This document shows, in pieces, positions 52,148-64,000 of a stretch of DNA of 64,000 bases. The notes beneath the pieces were generated by a model, which did no database searches, was not told the DNA's origin, and saw only the letters and a list, made by a program, of their open reading frames with translations. Every line of letters begins with the position of its first letter. The stretch's first letter is position 1. The stretch is taken from assembly GCA_963514005.1 (NCBI GenBank), contig OY740797.1, positions 19,468,001-19,532,000 on the forward strand, written 5' to 3'. The stretch is from Raja brachyura (taxonomy: Eukaryota). Both the position numbers and the translations under genes were made by a program.

Positions 52148-52186
52148 TTGCATTTTTAGTGGATAGACGACTGAGTGCTGGAGCAG
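52148..52186 (+). CDS. NDRG4: NDRG4 39-nt alternative cassette exon (IAFLVDRRLSAGA)
   Basis: cgctcag / gtaccc, frame-preserving. Resembles the recalled mammalian 13-aa NDRG4 insert IAYLKDRRLSGGA. Confidence 0.9.
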
Positions 52187-53154
52187 GTACCCATTTCCTG
52201 TTTCTTCGTGAACTATCCCATTGCTTGTGCTATAGCTTGTCTTTGATGTTAAGGCACCGTTCTCTTGCCACCGCATGCACTCATCCATCTGTGCTCTATA
52301 CTTCATTTAAAACTGTTATCTTTCTTGCTACAGCTTCCCACAGCCAATGCACATATGTTGCACTATTTGGCTGTAACTATATATTGACAAGTCATTGACG
52401 TTCACTCTCAGTTGAGCAATGGGAGACATGAATACTCTTGCATTTTCCAAGTTGCAATAAGGCTTTAATGTGTAGACAGGGAACTTTAAATGCTGGTTTA
52501 CAAAAAAAAGACTCAAAGTACTGAATACAGCACTTTGTATTAAGTTTTAATGTGTGTGTAGCATACCTTTTAGATAGCTGAATACAACATCATGTTATTT
52601 GTATTCTGTGACTGATGGATATGATGGAATTGAGGGAAATGAACCAATTGATTGTACAGTGTGTATAGTATAGTGAAGTCAGATGTAGGTCATTGTAAAC
52701 ACATGTAGTAAGCATCCTACTCAATTATAATTACAATGTAGTTGAACCACGAAAGAACAAAATATTGTGGTGAATCTTTCCTTAAATTTAATTAACTTTA
52801 CCTCCCTTTTGACATTGTACCAATGCTTTTCAGTTGGTGTGTTGTGACACTTTTAAATTGGAAACCAGAGAACTAAGTCATATTATCCAAATGGAATTGC
52901 ACCTTTGCCTACTTTTTCTCATGCCTCAGAATCTACAGGTAATCTGATTTTAAAACCTCAATGTTAAGAGATGACTTCTGTATCTGCTGAAAAGATTCCA
53001 CCATACTTTTAATTGACAAAAGTGAGCAATCAAATACTAATGTGATAATCAGCATTCAGTGCAGTAATTTTACTATGGGAGTCGGGTATGTAAGGATAAA
53101 ACTGATTATGCAAATAAAAACACAAACCTAGGGTGGAAAAATAATTATTTATGT

Positions 53155-53647
53155 GTAGGAAGGAACTGCAGATGCTGGTTTAAACTGAAGATAAACACAA
53201 AAAGCTTGAAGTAACTCAGCAGGACTGGCAGCATCTCTAAAGTGAAGGAATAGGTGACGTTTCGTGTTGCGTTCCTTCTTCAGACTAGTTAGGGAAAAGG
53301 GAAACGAGAGATATAGACGATGATGTAGAGAGATAAAGAACAATGAATGAAAGATATGCAAAAAAGTAACGATGATAAAGGAACCCCTCCCTCCCTCACC
53401 CCCACCCCCCCAAGCAGGTTGTACCAGCTTCTCATTTTCACCCAATAAACAGCTAACAGTGGCCTGTTTCATTTATCATTGTTACTTTTTTGCATATCTT
53501 TCATTCATTGTTCTTTACCAATCTACATCATCGTCTATATTTCTCGTTTCCCTTATCCCCAACTAGTCTGAAGAAGGAACTCAACCCAAAACTTCACCTA
53601 TTGCTTCACTTCAGAGATGCTGTCTGTCTCGCTGAGTTACTCAAGCT
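53155..53647. mobile_element. Inverted pair of Penelope-derived pseudo-LTRs
   Basis: 53203-53384 is the reverse complement of 53466-53647; both arms are homologous to 5367-5640. Confidence 0.88.
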
Positions 53648-55201
53648 AATTACTTAGGTGGAAATTACGAGACTAAATTGGTTTAGCACCATTTCTGATC
53701 ATTTTTTCCCAAATCGATTGTGATTGTTCAGATGCTGACATACATTAGTGAATGTTACTTGCTGGAGGAGGGCAGATTTTTCACCATTTGCAGTTTTCAT
53801 TTCAATCAGTATTGCAGCAATGCTGATTAGCTTTTCAAACAATGCTCAATTGTCCCAATCGTCATTTGCTTCAGGAATCTTGGATTCAAACCAACCTCAA
53901 TGCGAGTTGTTTGACAATAAGCATAAGGGTAAGCTTAAAGGATTGTTCCCTTGGTGGTAAATGTAAGAGCAAAAATCTACGTGAAATCTGAACTATTCAT
54001 CTCCGTGATCTTAGAGATGAGATGTGCATCTCACTGTAGGTGGTTACAGTTCAGTCATTCAGCTCTGATGCTCTTCAGCTGCTTTATGATTTGTGAGCAT
54101 TTTAGTAAAAATGAGTAATAATTTGAATGGAACGAGACAACGCACACAGTAAGACACCCACATTTTTAAAATTAAATATTTATTGGAAATTGGATTTACA
54201 GTATTGCTTTTGTTTTAGCATGAATCATTTATTTGGTGATTTTAGTTGTACCAGATTAAGCCATGAGAAGAAACTGGGAAAACACATTACTGTAATTGGT
54301 ATATGATGAAGCCAAAGTATCAATTTAAAGTAACTAGGTCCAGAAGTTCAGCCCACATAACCCTTGCCCTTATAAATCAAATATTGGAGAAAAGGTTCCA
54401 AAGAAGTACTGGTTTCCAAAATGTTCATATGTTATGTTAAGCCCAACCACAGGCAGAACCTTTGTGAAATGTGGGAGATACAGCACAGCCCTGGAGGACA
54501 GGTGATGTAGGAATATAGGGCCATCACTTGATCACAAGAAGGGTGTAATACTTGGACATCACCTGCTTGCAAATTAATCTAGGGTATGCTGCCTTGAGAG
54601 TTTGTGACAAATAGGGAAAGGGGCAGTTAGTGGTAAAACTCTTTATCTGGTATAGTGGGAAACAGGAAAGGTTTTGAGAGCTGCAGCAGTTATGCCAGTT
54701 GTTATATAAATACTATGTCCAAAGGTAGGTTTCATGGCTTGCTTGCTAATATGTGCATATTGCCACCCTGGCCTCTCCCTGCTCTCTGCCTAGGAATGTA
54801 GATGCTGCTCTGGACCTAAACCTGAGTCTAGGTCAGAAATTGCACGTGAAAGCTGAGAAGCAGCATCATCATCCGCATGATGGACCTGTAAAGCTCCATT
54901 AGAAATTAAATGCATGACTTCTGAATACCATTCCAAATGGCATGTCACAATTGTGCTTTCCTATAGGCAGATTATGTATATGACAATGGGTGATCATAGG
55001 AGATACATTGTCTGGCTTCCTACAAACCACTGAATAAACCCTCTTGTGACTGTCCTCAGTATCTGAGAATCAATGAAAACCTTTCCCATTTTGCTGCTTC
55101 AGTAATATTTTGCACTTAAAATGGCTTTGGCTGATTTTGGTTGAACTGGTGTGTTTATTAAATAACATAATGAATGATGATGTCTCTCTTCTCTCACACA
55201 G

Positions 55202-55368
55202 TGGCATCTGCTAGTATGACAAGACTGGCTCGTTCCCGCACAGCCTCGCTGACCAGTGCCAGCTCAGTCGATGGGCAACGTCCACGTATTTGCACCCAAA
55301 CCAACAGCAGTGACAGTGTTGGCCAGGTTACTCAGAATATGTCACACACCATGGAGGTGTCGTGTTAA
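55202..55368 (+). CDS. NDRG4: NDRG4 last coding exon (ASASMTRLARSRTASLTSASSVDGQRPRICTQTNSSDSVGQVTQNMSHTMEVSC*)
   Basis: Pyrimidine tract with cacag acceptor. Carries the RSRTAS phospho-motif and the NDRG C-terminal MEVSC, then TAA. Confidence 0.97.
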
Positions 55369-56132
55369 AAGGTGATTGAAGGTAGAGAAAGAAGCGTGGC
55401 TTACACCTAGCCACTTTGGAGGATGTTTGTTCCTTACTAGTTTGGGTATAGGGCAATTAAAAAGTGTAGAGATTGTTCCCTTCCTTCACTGTAGCAGTCT
55501 GCAGTTTTCTAGCCTAACTTGAATAAAGGCTGCCTACTGCTTTTCTTTCTTGCATGAGTTGCAGTCAGTGAATTTTATTTTGGTAAATGTAGCTACCTGA
55601 TCCTTTCCAACATGTTAGCAGGTTTTCCTCATCAAGACCTGTTTTATTTTTGCCAGTCAGTCAGTGTCATGGTACATATTAAGAGACTGTGCCAATGTAA
55701 TAGTAATCTTGTATTCAATTATTTTAATTTGTGCAAAGGGAAAGCGTCGCATTTTACGTAGTTTTAAATGTAGAGGCATTTCCGAGCATTGGTGTGTTAA
55801 CTAATTGTCCTAGATGCCTGTTCTTTAAGCTTTCTGTAACACAGGATACAAAAGAGCTGCTCAGATTACTGTAGATATAGTAAATCTGGTTCCATTACTC
55901 AATGTGTTGTAGATAATTTATTTCCCATTCCCCAACCCTAACTGGAATTTGGGCAATGGTAAAACAAACACGTGAAAAGTTTCTGGTAGTCTCATTCAGA
56001 TCTTGTGATAAATGTAGTGTTATTGAACCTTTTTTTAGTATAATGATCCTTTGTTGTTGTTCTGATACTTGACAGCTGTGGATACCACAATAATAATTAA
56101 TTCACTTAATGTCACTAATAACTGTTTATGAA

Positions 56133-56138
56133 AATAAA
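56133..56138 (+). promoter_or_regulatory. Candidate NDRG4 polyadenylation signal AATAAA
   Basis: AATAAA about 765 nt after the stop, followed by GT/T-rich sequence. Other AATAAA hexamers lie nearby, so actual usage is unproven. Confidence 0.45.
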
Positions 56139-56281
56139 GTCAGTGTGGTATTAAAACCAGCCTTGTCTCAGTCCTTGCTTTAATACAAGGGGGAACATGT
56201 TATTGCCTCATGATATCACTTGTCTCTTTAATCTTTTCTTGTTAGCAGTGCTGCCATATAGTACTGTTTTTTGAACTAATA

Positions 56282-56753
56282 CAATAAACCCTTATTTTAA
56301 CGGACGATAGGAGGGGATTGGTGTCTGCTATTGCCCGCTATAACCGACTAAGAAATTACCATTGTATAAGTAGTGGAAACAAACAATTACAGTTGCTGGG
56401 TTAATACACAAAAGGACCCCAAAGTACTGGAGTAACTCAGCAGGTCTAGCAGCATATCTGGAGAACATGGATAGATGATTTTTCACGTTGAGACACTTCT
56501 TCATATGCTCGATCTGGAACTGGACCTGGAATCCAGGTCAGTTGACAGCCCCTGCCTGCTTCTGCCAGGGGAGAGGCGAGGACCAGTGGAGTCAATGGTC
56601 GTGGCCTGAGTGCAAGTAATGGTCAACGGTGGTGGTGGCAGGCCCGACAATGGTGATGGGAGTCGCCGGGGTGGAGTCGGCAGCTGGGGCTGGCGGTCAA
56701 GATCAGTAGGTCAGTCTGCTATAACCAAAATCAGTTATAAAGAGGGTTTACTG
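56282..56753. mobile_element. Tigger/pogo-like MITE with TA TSD, containing a Penelope-derived repeat
   Basis: TA|CAATAAACCCTTATTTTAAC ... GTTATAAAGAGGGTTTACTG|TA imperfect TIRs. Confidence 0.7.
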
Positions 56754-59191
56754 TAAAAGCAGGCTTTCTTGGCATTTATATTATTTATCTAGCGTGGACA
56801 GTCACATCATCCTCTACCATTGTCCGCTGCTGAAGGTTTGCATGTTTATTTCCAATTCTAATTATTCTACTGATACGTCTGTATAATGTCTTCTGCCATG
56901 TATGATGCTTGATAGTCATTCAAGTTCAAATTTGACCTCCAGTTCTGTCAGCGTGGAATTTGCATATTCTTCTTGTGACCATGTGGATATCCTTTGGTTG
57001 ACCCCACATCCCAAAAATCATAGGGATGAATAGGTTAATTGCCCATTGTATGTTACCCCAGGTTGGGAAGTGGTAGAACATGGAGGAAGTTGATGGGAAT
57101 GTAGGTTGAATACAATGGGATTACTGTTAATGGATGCCAGATGGTCCAGTATAGTGCTATATGACTGACCATAATATCTTTGCCCAGATTCAAATGTCTT
57201 CCATGTCCCTCTTGTAATGTTCCCAAGCTACAAGTCCCTTGAAATATGAAGTGTTGTCATGTTTGTAATTAGAAACAGTTTTAGCAATCTAAGTGTTGGC
57301 AGTAAATAAATCAATAAGAAAAATAAAATGAAGTCACATGAATTTTAAGTCCACCTACACAGATTTACAACTAATTCCATCAAATACTTTTATTATAATT
57401 TAATGAAAATAATATCTACAACTTGAAAAACAGCAATAAAATTAGAAACATGTCAATTTAAGATCATGAAATGCCTTTTGGCCATTTGACCCACTAGCCT
57501 ACATACCAACAAAATCATGGCTGATCATTAACATCAACTTCCCTTTCCAGCCCACTCTCCAATGTTGTCAATATCCTTTAAGTGTCCAGAGTTCCAGAAT
57601 CTTCCACATAACAACATTTGTCCCCATCTCAATTCTAAGTAACCAATCTAAAATCATGTGATTGAAAATTCTGGAAAGTAGATTCTCAAGACATTCAATT
57701 TGTCAGTATCCATTGTCCAGCCCTATTAGGGGTTATGACGAGGTTAGAAAAAATGCCCATCCTATTGGTTTCATCTCAGAGAACACTCATCCTGGGAATT
57801 ATTTTGATTAATCATCTGCAAGGCAAGTAAATCCTTCCTTTGGTAGGGATCAAAAATGGAGTTATTGTTCTTTGGAAGTAAAACAAAAGGACAAAAAGCA
57901 TTTATATAGTACTTCCCATGATTTTAGGATGTTTGAAACCTATTGTAGCTTATTAATAAATAATGAAGGAAAAGCAACATCTAAAAAGATGGTGGAGGTT
58001 GAACTCTTTAAGGCTATTGGTGGGTAGACGTAGTGACCTTTTGAGCAATGAATGGTGGGTGCTGGGGGGCATTTGTCTACATGAACTACGGAGGTATTTT
58101 CAGCATCTAGGAATCAATACATGTACAAAGGTAATGTAGTGACCATGGGATACCGAAAAGGTGTAAGCGGGTAGCAAATAGTAACGGTAGCTGTAAATTT
58201 GACAAGGAGTACCGCAGACTGGAATTGGCATGATAGTAGTTGGAGTATGAAATGGAATATGAATGAGAGTAGTTCGAAGTGAACAGAACGGATTTGGAAT
58301 GTTTGGTGGGAATTTGTTGGATGTGATCAAGGTTCATAAAATATGGGTTGTTAAGGGGTAGTATTTCCAATATTTGGTTAATAGTCTGGAAGAAATAAAA
58401 AGGTGTAATGAAATGACGACATAGAGGCCAGGTTTAGCACACCAAAGGGAACATTTAGACTAATGGTGAACATTGGACATGCTGAAGCCAACATGAATAG
58501 ATCTGAATTATCAGAACTTATTCTGTATAATGGAGGTTAACACATCACTTCTGGAGATTCTGCAGTCAATACTAAATAGACAATATTAGTTTACTTCAAT
58601 TTATAAAGCTTTGAAGAGTTTGTATAGGAAATGTGATTGATTTCAGTTGTTTTTCTGGATATGTATAACTCTTATAATGTAAATTGGTATTGATAAGAAA
58701 TAGTCTTCAGTAACATTAAATATGATGCAGTGTTGCCATCTGCTGCTCCAGAAGCATTATGAAATAAAGAACTTATTTGGCTAGAATTTCCACTTTCAAA
58801 GCTAGTCTTCTGACACTGACCACATGATAGTATAAACTCTCTAGTTTTGAATAATCTATTAGGTTAACCCAGTGGTGACAAGGGCGAGTTCAACTGGGTG
58901 GAGAGATGTATAAAGTAAATCACTTGTATTCAATCTATAAACATTCAATGGTACATTTTAAATCCTAGTGCTCCTTTAAGACACGGTTGAATTGCATACT
59001 GACTCCTTGATCCCATGATATCTAAAATAAGATATTTATAGTTGGGGCACTCCAGGCAATCCAACTGCATCTGTTCACAGTGGCTTGGAGATGAGACAAG
59101 CTCATTTCAGCACATTTGTAACCTCTCTGCGTCGTTGCTTTATGAACAAACTCGAGCTCTTCTGTCTGTTTAGCTGTGACCACTGACCCTT

Positions 59192-59298
59192 TCAGGACGA
59201 GGTGCAGCCAGCACGCATGATTTTGAAAAGTGCATTGATGTTATTATTTTTTATGGCATCTCGGCATGCAGACAACACCTGGGTCTTGGGTTTCCCAA
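59192..59298 (-). CDS. BBS2: BBS2 last coding exon ([35 protein letters not shown])
   Basis: Minus-strand ctttcag acceptor, phase consistent, TGA stop. Confidence 0.95.
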
Positions 59299-60380
59299 CT
59301 GAAAGGGCAGAAAAAAACAATTACAAAATTAATGTCATCAATGTACCAAGGACAACTCCCATTCAACCATAACTAGTTTAATGTTTTCAACGTCAGACAG
59401 TTTTCACATAATAGGGTCTGAAACATTTTTTAATTAATGAATGATACGTGGACATCAGTGTTAATGCTAGCAGTTTTTATTGTCTAATCTTAATTTCCCT
59501 TGAGGTGCTGGTTACCCACCTTTTTGAACTATAAAACTGCTCTGGGTAAGGTACTCCCATAATGTTAGGCAGGGAGTCCCAAGAGTTAGACCCTGCAACA
59601 ATGAAGGAATATTTCCAAGTTCAGATGGTGTGGTGGGGAACAAGCGCCCTAGGGGTTGGTTCCAAACCCTACTCCCTTTGTTATTATAGATAATTAATTT
59701 GAGGGGTGCTACTGAAGTAACTTCAAAGATTTTCATCTGAAATGCAAAAATAACAGCTAGCTTCATTAACCCCATGAATATCTTCACATTCTACGATAAG
59801 TACAATTTTCTGTCACTAACAATGAGATCAACTGTTCAGTTGCATCACCTGTTTCCTCCTTTTCCCGCCCTGTAAAATTCCCACTGCCCTTGCGTTATAA
59901 TCAATCTTCTCAGTTTATTTTCTTCCCTCATATTCTCTTAGCTGATATATAGATCGGACTCCTGCTCCCTTGATCTTATCTTACTAAACCACTGACTATT
60001 TAACACAGAGCCAGCAAAGGAAGTTATTTAATTATTAAATGTTTTATTACAATCTGCCAACATCAGGCTCAGGTTGTCCTCCATCCTTGCAAACTTGTGC
60101 ACCTTTTCCTACTTCCTTTAATTAAATTATTTCATGTGCTTTCCCACAACTGCAAATTGGAATCACACCAGTCTGGTTTCTGTACCTTTTACCAGTCAAA
60201 AGTGACAATGACAAAAGTCACTGATGACAGTCTGTTCAGCCCAATTGTTCAGCACAGATAAACAATTCATTCCCATTACTTTCAACCTATCTCAATTCTT
60301 CAATTCCTCTCCACCATTGGCTAACCAGATGGAATCACATTTCCTTTTTTATTCAGTGACAGTAACCTGCTCTAACCCAC

Positions 60381-60529
60381 CTCGCAGACGTCCCGCCCTC
60401 TGGATCGCCTGATTTACTGCTCGTAGACAGCTCAGAAGCTCTGTGTGGTTGTTACACCGAATCTTGTAACCATTTATCAAGTCTCGATTTAAATCGTAAA
60501 GTTCCATATATCCCTTCTTCATATTTGTC
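60381..60529 (-). CDS. BBS2: BBS2 penultimate coding exon ([49 protein letters not shown])
   Basis: Minus-strand catttag / gtgggt, 149 nt. Lies within track ORF 60349..60717. Confidence 0.96.
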
Positions 60530-60744
60530 CTAAATGGAGAAAGTACAAAAAGATTAGAGGAGGAAAAAAAGTGACAACAGATAAGCATTATTTGAAAGCT
60601 GTCCTTGTATTTTGTTGATTTATAATAAAACATCACTTGTGAATTGTGAGCCAGAGGAAAGAATGTGGGTGGGGGGTTGAGGGAAGAGAGAAATAGGTGC
60701 AAATCCAGGTGGGCCACAGAGGAGGGTGGGACGGATGGGTTGTT

Positions 60745-61210
60745 AAAGATTACCTAAAATTGTAGAGTTCAATGTTCAAACTATTGGGTTGCAAGCTACC
60801 TAAGCGGAATATGAGGTGACGTTCCTCCAGTGTGTATGTGGCATCTGGCTTCACAATTTCTAACTCTTCAATCGTTTTGTCTCACACCTGTATTAATCTC
60901 TGGCCTTTGTTCCAACCATCTGCCTATCAACGCCCCCCACCTTTGTCCACCTGCCATGCTGTCTCTCCTCTCTCCCAATCAATCTGAAGGGTCCTGAGCC
61001 GAAGCGTCGCCTATCCATGTTCTTCAGAGATGCTGCCTGACTCGCTGAGTTACTCCAGCACTTTGTGTCCTTTGCTTTTCTTCCATCCCGGCTCTGATGA
61101 AGTGACAGATTGTCTCTGTGTCTCTTTCCATACATGTTGACCGAAATGTTAAGTGTTTCCAGTATTTTCTGTTTTGATTTCAGATTCATGAGCAACTGCA
61201 GTTTTTTGAT
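60745..61210. mobile_element. Penelope-like remnants in a BBS2 intron
   Basis: Endonuclease C-terminus on the minus strand (EERHLIFRLGSLQPNS), then terminal-repeat copies on the + strand. Confidence 0.7.
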
Positions 61211-62049
61211 TTTCCTCAGCTGCTTCTGAAGTTTAGAATTGATGATGTTTGTTGATGATCGCACGGAAGTTAGTTCCATTTACCACATCAAAAATAGAAT
61301 CAGCTGCTGCCTACATGCAGCAAGATCGGGATAGCATTTGCAGAGAAGTGGCAAGATACCTTTGTACCATACAATTGCTGGGCATGACCACTTCCAATAA
61401 GAGCAAATCTGATCACCTCTCCCGTAAACTGGCAGTACCTTTGTATGTCCCTCACCATAACAAACTGAATCAGAGCCATTCATCACAAGTGTAATTGAAT
61501 CAGCCATTAAAATACTGTGGATGCACGAGTAGATTAGAAAAAGCACATTGTATGTTCAGAGCCTCCACCAATCCACAGGTACCTTGTGCCATTCACAAAG
61601 TCCAAGTCAGGAGTGCCGTGAAATACTCTGTCTGCTCAGATGTGGAGTCTCAAGACTATACAGGGTCACTCGGCTTGGCAGATATTCTATTTACCACTTA
61701 AACACTTGCTCCATCCATCAGCTGCTACCACTGGCACAGTGTGAACCATCAACAAGATGCACTGAACAACTTGCCAATGTTTTTCCAAGGATACGCAAAT
61801 TCCATTCCTACATGTACACCATCTTATACTAGAATTGTAGTGCCATTCCTTCAATGCCCTGGATCTCTCTATGCATATAACCTGTCGCATTTCACGAGAA
61901 CTTCTAAACATGGCCGACTTAGCAACAGTTGGCCACTATCACAACCAAGCTCCCATCTCATTCTTGCTGCAAGACGGATAGGGGTTATTTCTAGCCATTC
62001 ACCGAGGATGGATGGTTAAGGTCAAAGGAGGGTAAGTGATGGACATCTC

Positions 62050-62520
62050 GCACTCTAAAAAGCAGACACCAATGACAAGATTTATCATAGCCTACAGTGC
62101 ACTGCACAGCTTGTGATCAACTGTGAGAGGGTACCTGAAGATCAAGATCCCCGACCTGGCACAAGAACCATGGACCAATTGACAGAGGTGATCCCTACCC
62201 TCCAACATGCTATTGAGAGGGACCACCTGCACCAGGCATATAAATGCTCGGCAGAGATATCACCAACAGAGTTTCCATGACATCCATAAGAATGACAAGT
62301 TCACAAACATTAGCATCCTTCCCAAGCCAGGATTCCCAAGCCACGATGCCAACACTAGACTCTGCTGTGTAATCACTCCATGTACCAGACACTTCTGTAT
62401 TCTGTCACTGAAAGATATTACCAAATAGATAAAGGTGACAATTTAAAGGTATATTCGGATCCTCCAGGAAAATGTGCAAAGTCCACAGAGTCCTGAGAAA
62501 CTGGCCCAAGAGGAGGACCA
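62050..62520 (+). mobile_element. Decayed RTE-type LINE fragment
   Basis: RHI...QRYHQ.....I...DKFTNISIL motif series. Confidence 0.45.
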
Positions 62521-63212
62521 GCATAATGATGGCACGGAGTAGCAAGTTCACGTATCAGAGGGCCAGAGTAAACAGCGGAGGAGCACACCATCTCACAAAC
62601 CATCTCCACTAATACTGGGAGTACTCAGCATGTGGAAAGAGAATGAGTTAATGTTTCCAGTCCAGCATTTATTTTAATTGCACATATTTTCACAAACTAC
62701 ACATCCAACTGTCACATCAAGCACCACCTACTCCATTTGTGCATAGGACTGTGGTTCCCACACTGGTTCATTGATAACCTGAAACCCCACAGAATGGTCG
62801 TGGAAGGAAGTCATCATTGACCCTAAAATGTGCTTCAGAGAAAGAGGACTCTGCAATTGGGGACAGGAAATAAATATTGGCATTACCCAGAAAGCCCACA
62901 TCTCACGAATTAATTAAAATTAATTAACACCTGTTCTTCAAATTAAAGCATGGGAACTTTAATGTACATGGAAAATAGCAGCTGAGGCCGCGGGTTAGCT
63001 CCTTATTCAAAATAATCAAATTTTGATCATGTCATTAGAAATACATAGTTAAAAATTCAATGCTGGAAATCTAAAATAAAAAAGGAAAATGGTGGAGATA
63101 TTCAGGTCAGGAACACAGCATCTGCAGGGAGAAAGACCACAGCTAGTATTTTATGTTATTGATCATTCAACTGATAAGACTGTTATGTAGCAACACAGCA
63201 TCCATTACTCAC

Positions 63213-63325
63213 ATGTCTCCCATTAGACGAGAATCTTCTGCCCGAATCAGTAAGCTACGCACCAGATTGGAATGGTCTGCCATCTCTGCAGTGAGCTTTT
63301 GGTGCACGGAATGATAACCATCTAA
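63213..63325 (-). CDS. BBS2: BBS2 third-last coding exon ([37 protein letters not shown][M])
   Basis: Minus-strand aaacag / gtgagt, 113 nt. Matches the recalled BBS2 C-terminal helical region. Confidence 0.93.
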
Positions 63326-63634
63326 CTGTTTGGAATGAATAGTTTAAATCAGCATATCTGTGTGAGATACCATCTGATCAGAAACAAAAAGGCTGTACAA
63401 GGAATACATCAATTTACATTAAATAAAAAATATCAATCACTTAACATAAGTTTTGACCCTCTATCCCATCTGGCTCATAATGTCTACCTGGTTGATCAGT
63501 ATTATATGCGTGCATATTAGGTTTTGTGTATGACTTCACATCTGCTATCATAAAAATAAATATTCATAATTTCTGAGTAAAGTGAAAATAATCAAAAAAT
63601 GAATGTGCATTTGGATGGATGGGCTAGGAATAGT

Positions 63635-63955
63635 TAACATGATTTTGTACATCAGAGATCGTGTCTTACGAATCTGATTGTCTTTTGAAGAAGTAACTAA
63701 AAAGATTGATGAGGGCAATGCCTATTTAGATTTCAACAAGGCATTTGATAAGTTACCACAGGGTTGGCAGTTCCAGGAGATTAGATCACATGGGATGTAG
63801 AGAGAAATAGCGATGGGATAGAGAATTGGCTTCATGTAAGGAAGCAGAGGGTGACGGTGGAATGTTGATTCCCGGCCCGTGACCTGTGGTATCCCTCAGG
63901 GATCGATGCTGGGCCATTGCTGTTTATGGTTTATATCAATGATTTGGGTGAGAAT
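63635..63955 (+). mobile_element. CR1 RT fragment
   Basis: SCLTNL, YLDFNKAFDK, IPQGSMLGPLLFMVYINDL. Confidence 0.85.
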
Positions 63956-64000
63956 CTAACCATGGAATGGAAACAAGCCCTTCGGCCCGAGTCCGCAACG

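Noticed and set aside
58100-58370. Two overlapping minus-strand ORFs downstream of BBS2
   Set aside because: Compositionally biased sequence with no recognisable protein similarity.

Overview
Eukaryotic, intron-rich, AT-rich genomic DNA. The repeat content (CR1/HER1-type LINEs, HE1-like SINEs, Penelope-derived dispersed repeats) points to a cartilaginous fish, probably a skate or ray (inference). The + strand carries NDRG4: 14 coding exons traced by hand from 11202 to the stop at 55368, all GT-AG with consistent phases, totalling 1050 nt (349 codons plus stop). These include the 39-nt alternative exon at 52148-52186. The first coding exon(s) were not identified with confidence. The - strand carries the last three coding exons of BBS2, tail-to-tail with NDRG4 about 3.8 kb away. 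Introns hold many transposable elements, often nested: CR1 LINEs (one with an open RT region), two Passport-like Tc1 elements, Rex1/Babar fragments, a Penelope-like GIY-YIG element, an LTR with a tRNA-Ser-type PBS, Harbinger- and Tigger-like MITEs, and a probable very old Harbinger transposase relic. The most notable non-obvious signal is a dispersed Penelope-derived repeat family carrying minimal hammerhead-ribozyme motifs, with several copies arranged as long inverted repeats. Most ORFs in the supplied track are TE remnants or chance ORFs. I found no clearly unprecedented system; the findings below are leads.
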